DNA of 64,000 nt from Macrostomum hystrix (taxonomy: Eukaryota; Animalia; Platyhelminthes): positions 2,542,001 through 2,606,000 of the forward strand of contig CATNEN010000003.1 of the NCBI GenBank assembly GCA_950097015.1. The letters are read 5' to 3'. Shown here in pieces: positions 56,726 to 64,000 of this stretch; the first letter of the stretch is position 1; every line of letters starts with the position of its first letter. The notes below the pieces were generated by a model. It searched no databases. It saw only the letters and a program-made list of their open reading frames with translations, and was not told the DNA's origin. The translations under genes and the position numbers were made by a program.

Positions 56726-57998
56726 TAAATTCCGTGTAGCCGACACATCAAGGGCACACCACAGGTTGGAGTCCAACTTACTCAGCCAATACTCAAAAAG
56801 GTATTAACAAACAGTTGTCTCCAAGCCAATCTATTGCAGAGGTAGCTAAAAAGTATAACAAAGATTACAGAACAAAGAACCTCCTTTTTAAATCAACTGC
56901 GAGGTAGAAAGGAAGCCTTTAAGTAGAATATGAATAAAAAAACAGTGAATAAGTATTAATAGGAATATATTCAATAACTAAGCATGCATAAACATAAATA
57001 AACTAGAGTTAACACTGCAATATATGCTATTGTAGCTTTCATTGTTAATGCACGGAACAGTTTAAACACTAACAAAAAAAACGCAGTAAAACAAAAAAAA
57101 TGGCTACCTGACTTGATTGAGGTCGATTGATCAAAGCTAGAAAAAAAACGGCAACCCAAAAAAGGTTCTGTATAAAAAACACAATATTGATTTTGAACAA
57201 TAGTCAGTTAGTAATAATTAACCAGCTAATGATAGGTAATTATAAAAGGCGACGTAATCCCTGTAGAACAAGTTTTTGTTAATTCAAATTGTACCAAAAA
57301 ACATAAGCAAACAATAGACGGCAGCAAAGAACTAATGGGGGCGAACAAAAAAACAGCGGAAACAACTTTATTGTGAGGTGCAAGTTCGCCCTGTTAAACA
57401 ATATCCTGAGAGCTGTTTGACTTTGGAGAGCAGAGAATAGAGATTGGGTTTTAGGTAGCGTCTGTGGACATTGTCAATCATTAGTGGGTTTGTTAAAATT
57501 TGTCTACTTATAAGTTAAGACACACGGCTAGAAGGCTAACAAAATGCTCTTTATCATACTACTTATTTGCTGTCTCAGTAGTGTGTACCGCATATTGTAA
57601 AAAAAAAGAATTTATTCACAGAGAACTGACAAAACGCATTCAACAAATTGATCAAAATAGTGTTTTTACTAAATCAAAAGCTTATTTATTCTACGCGAAA
57701 TATATGCTTTGAAAATACAATTATGAGATCAATACAGAGAGTTAGTAATGGGCATAATTGATATATAATGTACAATCATAACAAATGAACAATATCTTCC
57801 TTAATTCTTAATTGATGATTTTTGACAAATACAATATCTTGAAGCTTTCATTGCTTTAGGCAAGCTGTTCTGCATATATCAGATTAGATACTATTAAAAA
57901 ATCTTAGTATTTCTTAGCAGTAGTTCCAGACCGAAGGCAAACTGAGGCAAATAGTCAGGAGGTAGTAAAATCTAATTGGTTGTTTTTGGCTGCCATAA

Positions 57999-58049
57999 TC
58001 ATGAGAATTCATGCTGCTGTTCATAGTTGTATTGCTGGTGTGGGGAAAA

Positions 58050-58080
<31 letters not shown>

Positions 58081-61000
58081 TGACTAAAGTTTTTTTGAAT
58101 ATCGAAAATCTCAGCGTACAACGGTGGCAGGTGTGTCCTATGCCAGTTATCGCGATACCATTGCATACAGTGATGCATTGCTTGGCCAACTATAGATGCA
58201 AGGCGTATGACACTCTGAAGCATGTCCTGCTTTAGTTGCTGCTGCTGCTGCTGCTGCTCATTAGACACCGAGTCTTGACTTTGAGAGCTGATAGTCTCTA
58301 TTTGAAGCTTAAGCGCAGCCTGCAGACGAGAATGACTGTTTAAGACATCGTCAGGACTGCTCAGCCCTGGCCGGTCTAAAAATGGAGGACAGGTAATGCA
58401 ATGGGTTTTTAGTAAATGGATAAATCTTTAACCAGTGAGTAGTGCTTGGGTGAATCTTTAACCAGTGAGTAGTGTTTGGGTGAATCTTTAACCAGTGAGT
58501 AGTGCTTGGGTGAATCTTTAACCAGTGAGTAGTGCTTGGGTGAATCTTTAACCAGTGAGTAGTGCTTGGGTGAATCTTTAACCAGTGAGTAGTGCTTGGG
58601 TGAATCTTTAACCAGTGAGTAGTGTTTGGATGAATCTTTAACCAGTGAGTAGTGTTTGGATGAATCTTTAACCAGTGAGTAGTGTTTGGGTGAATCTTTA
58701 ACCAGTGAGTAGTGTTTGGGTGAATCTTTAACCAGTGAGTAGTGTTTGGGTGAATCTTTAACCAGTGAGTAGTGTTTGGATGAATCTTTAACCAGTGAGT
58801 AGTGTTTGGGTGAATCTTTAACCAGTGAGTAGTGTTTGAGTGAATCTTTAACCAGTGAGTAGTGTTTGGATGAATCTTTAACCAGTGAGTAGTGTTTGGG
58901 TGAATCTTTAACCAGTGAGTAGTGTTCGGGTGAATCTTTAACCAGTGAGTAGTGTTTGGATGAATCTTTAACCAATGAGTAGTGATTGGGTGAATCTTTA
59001 ACCAGTGAGTAGTGTTTGGGTAAATCTTTAACCAGTGAGTAGTGTTTGGGTAAATATTTAACCAGTGAGTAGTGTTTGGGTAAATCTTTAACCAGTGAGT
59101 AGTGTTTGGTGAATCTTTAATCCGTGATTAGTGATTGGGTGAATCTTCAATCAGTGATTAGTGTTGGCGTGAATCTTTAATCAGTGAGTAGTGTTTGGAT
59201 GAATCTTTAACAAATGAGTAGTGATTGGGTGAATCTTCAATCCGTGATTAGTTATTGGGTGAATCTTCAATCTGTGAGTAGTGATTGGGTGAATCTTCAG
59301 TCAGTGATTAGTGATTGGGTGAATCTTCAGTCAGTGAGTAGTGATTGGGTGAATCTTCAGTCAGTGAGTAGTGATTGGGTGAGTCTTCAGTCAGTGAGTA
59401 GTGATTGGGTGAGTCTTCAGTCAGTGAGTAGTGATTGGGTGAGTCTTCAGTCAGTGAGTAGTGATTGGGTGAATCTTGAGTCAGTGAGTAGTGATTGGGT
59501 GAATCTTCAGTCAGTGAGTAGTGATTGGGTGAATCTTGAGTCAGTGAGTAGTGATTGGGTGAATCTTCAGTCAGTGATTAGTGATTGGGTGAATCTTGAG
59601 TCAGTGAGTAGTGATTGGGTGAATCTTGAGTCAGTGAGTAGTGATTGGGTGAATCTTCAGTCAGTGAGTAGTGATTGGGTGAGTCTTCAGTCAGTGAGTA
59701 GTGATTGGGTGAATCTTCAGTCAGTGAGTAGTGATTGGGTGAATCTTCAGTCAGTGATTCGTGATTGGGTGAATCTTCAGTCAGTGAGTAGTGATTGGGT
59801 GAATCTTCAATCTGTGAGTAAACTAGTGATTGGGTGAATCTTCAGTCAGTGAGTAGTGATTGGGTGAATCTTCAGTCAGTGATTCGTGATTGGGTGAATC
59901 TTCAGTCAGTGAGTAGTGATTGGGTGAATCTTCAGTCAGTGATTAGTGATTGGGTGTATCTTCAGTCAGTGATTAGTGATTGGGTGTATCTTCAGTCAGT
60001 GATTAGTGATTGGGTGAATCTTCAATCTGTGAGTAGTGATTGGGTGAATCTTCAGTCAGTGAGTAGTGATTGGGTGAATCTTCAGTCAGTGATTCGTGAT
60101 TGGGTGAATCTTCAGTCAGTGAGTAGTGATTGGGTGTATCTTCAGTCAGTGATTAGTGATTGGGTGTATCTTCAGTCAGTGATTAGTGATTGGGTGAGTC
60201 TTCAGTCAGTGAGTAGTGATTGGGTGAATCTTCAGTCAGTGATTAGTGATTGGGTGAGTCTTCAGTCAGTGAGTAGTGATTGGGTGAATCTTCAGTCAGT
60301 GATTAGTGATTGGGTGAGTCTTCAGTCAGTGATTAGTGATTGGGTGAGTCTTCAGTCAGTGAGTAGTGATTGGGTGAATCTTCAGTCAGTGAGTAGTGAT
60401 TGGGTGAATCTTCAATCAGTGATTAGTGATTGGGTGAATCTTTAACCAGTGAGTAGTGATTGGGTGAATCTTCAGTCAGTGAGTAGTGATTGGGTGAATC
60501 TTCAGTCAGTGAGTAGTGATTGGGTGAATCTTCAGTCAGTGAGTAGTGATTGGGTGTATCTTCAGTCAGTGATTAGTGATTGGGTGAATCTTCAGTCAGT
60601 GAGTAGTGATTGGGTGTATCTTCAGTCAGTGAGTAGTGATTGGGTGAAACTTCAGTCAGTGATTAGTGATTGGGTGAATCTTCAGTCAGTGATTAGTGAT
60701 TGGGTGAATCTTCAGTCAGTGAGTAGTGATTGGGTGAATCTTCAGTCAGTGATTAGTGATTGGGTGAATCTTCAGTCAGTGAGTAGTGATTGGGTGAATC
60801 TTCAGTCAGTGATTAGTGATTGGGTGAAACTTCAGTCAGTGAGTAGTGATTGGGTGAATCTTCAGTCAGTGATTAGTGATTGGGTGAATCATCAGTCAGT
60901 GAGTAGTGATTGGGTGAATCTTTAGTGAATGGATAAAACAGCTGAACAGCAGTCAAATAGGGACATATGACTGAACACTCACCAGGTCTGGTTAGCACCA

Positions 61001-63679
61001 GAGCGCAGAGCAGGGCCAGTTGACTCTCTGTCAGTCTCAGAGTCATCAGACACTGCATCAGATCTACAATCTTGGCCACTAGCGGTGGCGACCAAACAAA
61101 ATCGAGCTCCTGTTGAGCCACAATCTGACCGTCAGGAAATACGAATCGACAAACAGGTCCGGTGATGCTAGAGCCCTGCTGTATCCAGTTCTTGGTCATC
61201 TGTGGCGAGGCCTGCAATAGCCAGAGCTCAATGAAACCGGATTTGATCATAGTCAGCTGATCGTTCTGATTGAATTTGACGAAGCCGGGCACGCGTTTAA
61301 CAAAGTCCACAGTCTGTTCAATGCAGGGCAGCAACAGGTTGGCTAAGGACTGGTGCATGCTCAACCTATGCTCATCCAGGGCGTCCGGCCTCAGACCGCA
61401 ACCGATTGGCACCTGATGAAATTTAATTTAAGATCGTTGGTGCGTTATTCAATACACATGTAATAAAACTGATGCTGTCAATTAGACAGATATTTGAGGT
61501 TTATGTCGATAGTAGAGATTTCACAGGAAACTGGGAGGGAAGGGGAGAATGAGAGGGAAGGAGAGAATGAGAGGGAAGGAGAGAATGAGAGGGAAGGAGA
61601 GAATGAGAGGGAAGGAGAGAGTGAGAGGGAAGAAGAGAGTGAGAGGGAAGGAGAGAGTGAGGGAAAGAGAGAGTGAGAGGGAAGGAGAGAGTGAGAGGGA
61701 AGGAGAGAGTGAGAGGGAAGGAGAGAGTGAGAGGGAAGGAGAGAGTGAGAGGGAAGGAGAGAGTGAGAGGGAAGGAGAGAGTGAGAGGGAAGGAGAGAGT
61801 GAGAGGGAAGGAGAGAGTGAGGGAAAGAGAGAGTGAGAGGGAAGGAGAGAGTGAGGGAAGGAGAGAGTGAGGGAAGGAGAGAGTGAGAGAAGGAGAGAGT
61901 GAGGGAAGGAGAGAGTGAGGGAAGGAGAGAGTGAGAGGGAAGGAGAGAGTGAGAGGGAAGAAGAGAGTGAGAGGGAAGGAGAGAGTGAGGGAAAGTGAGA
62001 GTGAGAGGGAAGGAGAGAGTGAGAGGGAAGAAGAGAGTGAGAGGGAAGGAGAGAGTGAGGGAAAGAGAGTGAGAGGGAAGGAGAGAGTGAGGGAAGGAGA
62101 GAGTGAGAGGGAAGGGGAGAGTGAGAGGGAAGAAGAGAGTGAGGGAAGGAGAGAGTGAGGGAAGGAGAGAGTGAGGGAAGGAGAGAGTGAGAGGGAAGGA
62201 GAGAGTAAGAGGGAAGGAGAGAGTGAGGGAAGGAGAGAGTGAGAGGGAAGGAGAGAGTGAGGGAAGGAGAGAGTGTGGGAAGGAGAGAGTGAGATGGAAG
62301 GGCAGTGCAGGGCAGGGCAGGAGAGAGTGAGAGGGAAGAAGAGAGTGAGAGGGAAGGAGAGAGTGAGGGAAAGAGAGTGAGAGGGAAGGAGAGAGTGAGG
62401 GAAGGAGAGAGTGAGAGGGAAGGGGAGAGTGAGAGGGAAGAAGAGAGTGAGGGAAGGAGAGAGTGAGGGAAGGAGAGAGTGAGAGGGAAGGAGAGAGTAA
62501 GAGGGAAGGAGAGAGTGAGGGAAGGAGAGAGTGAGAGGGAAGGAGAGAGTGAGGGAAGGAGAGAGTGTGGGAAGGAGAGAGTGAGATGGAAGGGCAGTGT
62601 CTGAGTTAAAGATTTAGACATTTATGATACCAGGGCCGCACAGCATGGCAATATAATCCTATTAATATGAAATGCACAGCCAGTAAGCTACACACAAGCA
62701 GTGCAATCTTAGATGTTGTAAAAGAACAATGTTGCGCGGCAGTCTGCTTAGCTGTGGGCCATTCAAAGCACATCGGCGCAGAGAATCGTAAATCATGGAG
62801 GTTCACTGCTGGTTAGCCAACATGCAAATCAGCAGTGGCAAATATCTATAATACACTGGCCTTGTATAGCTACAATCGATTGGTAAAGCTAAGCTGGAAA
62901 CTGACACTTTTGAAACTCTGCTGTTAGGTAACTTCGCTTATTTATTGCTAAGCGAAACATTCTAGGAGATGTACTTTTTAGTTCACCTAAGCAAGGAGAG
63001 ATCCGTGATTGCAGAGCGACACATAAGAGATTCATGATGATTTGGGTGAGATAGGGAGAGATTTGTGATGAGATGGATGAGATGTAGAGAGATTCGTGAT
63101 GAGATGGGTAAGATGTAGAGAGATTTGTGATGAGATAAATAAGATAAGAAGTAGTTAGAATTCAGAATAAAGTCTCACCAGAGAAGTCATCCTGGCCAAT
63201 CCAGTGATGCCGCTTATCTTAGCCTCGCTGTATCCGCTAGCCAAACAAAAGGCCTGATGCACAGCCGAGGTCAGTTGTGCCAGCTCCTGCTGCTGCTGCT
63301 GCCCACCCTCCGTCCAGAAGGTGTTCAAGTCGATCTTCTCCAGCGTTGACGGCGTTGACGCCGATGCCGAGCCTCCGCTAGGCGTCGTTGGAGACGGCGG
63401 AGTGACAGACGACGCAGGAGCTGCCGCAGCCGCCGCTGGTGCAGCCGCCGACGCAGCCGTCGCAGAAACGACGGAAGGCGCAGTCGTTGCAGCGGCAACA
63501 GCGGCCGCAACAGCGGCGGCAGTGACTGAGGCTGTGTTGGCTGCGCCGCCGCCGCCGCCGCCGTTGCCACCGCCGCCGCCACTGGCGCGACCGAAGCGAA
63601 CCGAATCCTTGGACATGCCGACTGCTAGGCATTTGCGAAATCGACAGTGCTGACAACGATTGCGATTCATGCGAGCCAC
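57999..63679 (-). CDS. E78: Nuclear receptor, E78 (NR1E)-like, 5'-partial; exons 63179-63679, 60983-61412, 57999-58375; upstream exons lie beyond the window
   Basis: Second zinc finger/[35 protein letters not shown] signature [10 protein letters not shown]...[20 protein letters not shown]|DRPGL. C-terminal WYRDNW...[11 protein letters not shown] resembles E78. Splice phases are consistent. Confidence 0.88.
58410..60925. repeat. 30-bp minisatellite filling the last E78 intron, two sub-variants
   Basis: tgaatctttaaccagtgagtagtgtttggg (58.4-59.1 kb) grades into gaatcttcagtcagtgagtagtgattgggt (59.2-60.9 kb). About 84 copies. Confidence 0.96.
61535..62598. repeat. GA-rich 16/18-bp minisatellite (gagggaaggagagagtga) in an E78 intron
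   Basis: Purine-rich tandem copies. Confidence 0.93.
62995..63150. repeat. Short degenerate ~30-bp repeat (gagagatttgtgatgagatgg...)
   Basis: About 5 copies near the donor at 63178. Confidence 0.7.
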
Positions 63680-63724
63680 CTGGATACGGGTTTGGGGAAC
63701 AACTGGCTGGTCAGTGCTGAGAAA

Positions 63725-64000
63725 GGAAGACAATGGGAAATAAAGGGAAGACCAATAAGAGGAGAAAATTGGAAATAAAGGAAAGATCAATAAGAGGAAA
63801 AATAAAGGGAAGAGCAATAAGGGGAGACAATGGGAAATTAAGGGAAGGTCAATAAGAGGAGAAAATTGGAAATAAAGGGAAAAGCAATAAGAGGAGAAAA
63901 TGGGAAATAAAGTGAAGAGGAATAGGGAGAAATGTGAAATAGAGGAAAGGGCAATTGTGGGGAAAATATAGAAAATAGGAATATGGGGGAGTGCGGAATT
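63725..64000. repeat. Degenerate ~35-bp GA-rich repeat in an E78 intron
   Basis: ggaaataaagggaagagcaataagaggagaaaat variants run to the window end. Confidence 0.7.

Overview
AT-rich eukaryotic (animal) genomic DNA with GC-rich exons, spliceosomal GT-AG introns and very high minisatellite content. The pattern is reminiscent of a free-living flatworm such as Macrostomum, but that is inference only. Six protein-coding genes can be reconstructed by hand. Four are on +: two tandem secreted fibrinogen-related (FReD) paralogues, tryptophan 2,3-dioxygenase and a Klumpfuss/EGR-WT1-like C2H2 zinc-finger factor. Two are on -: a Rab8-like GTPase and the 3' part of an E78/NR1E-type nuclear receptor that runs off the window end. 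Mobile DNA comprises an internally deleted Tc1 (DD34E) element with TIRs, a decayed RNase H-bearing non-LTR retrotransposon, two tRNA-derived SINE families (one with a CORE-like domain) and a hAT-like MITE filled with a 13-bp repeat. About 25 tandem arrays occupy much of the window, and nearly all long ORFs in the ORF track are artefacts of these arrays. The most interesting signals concern the arrays. (1) Most long introns are largely filled by an array running almost splice site to splice site. (2) One palindromic-core family (GCTAG-A-CTAGC) occurs at four sites and is in the host's sense orientation in introns of two convergent genes. (3) Two arrays are amplified SINE 5' ends still attached to their SINE. 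(4) One array sits inside TIR/TSD ends. (5) One pair of arrays forms a foldback structure. (6) Several intronic arrays are complementary to their own intron's 5' splice site.
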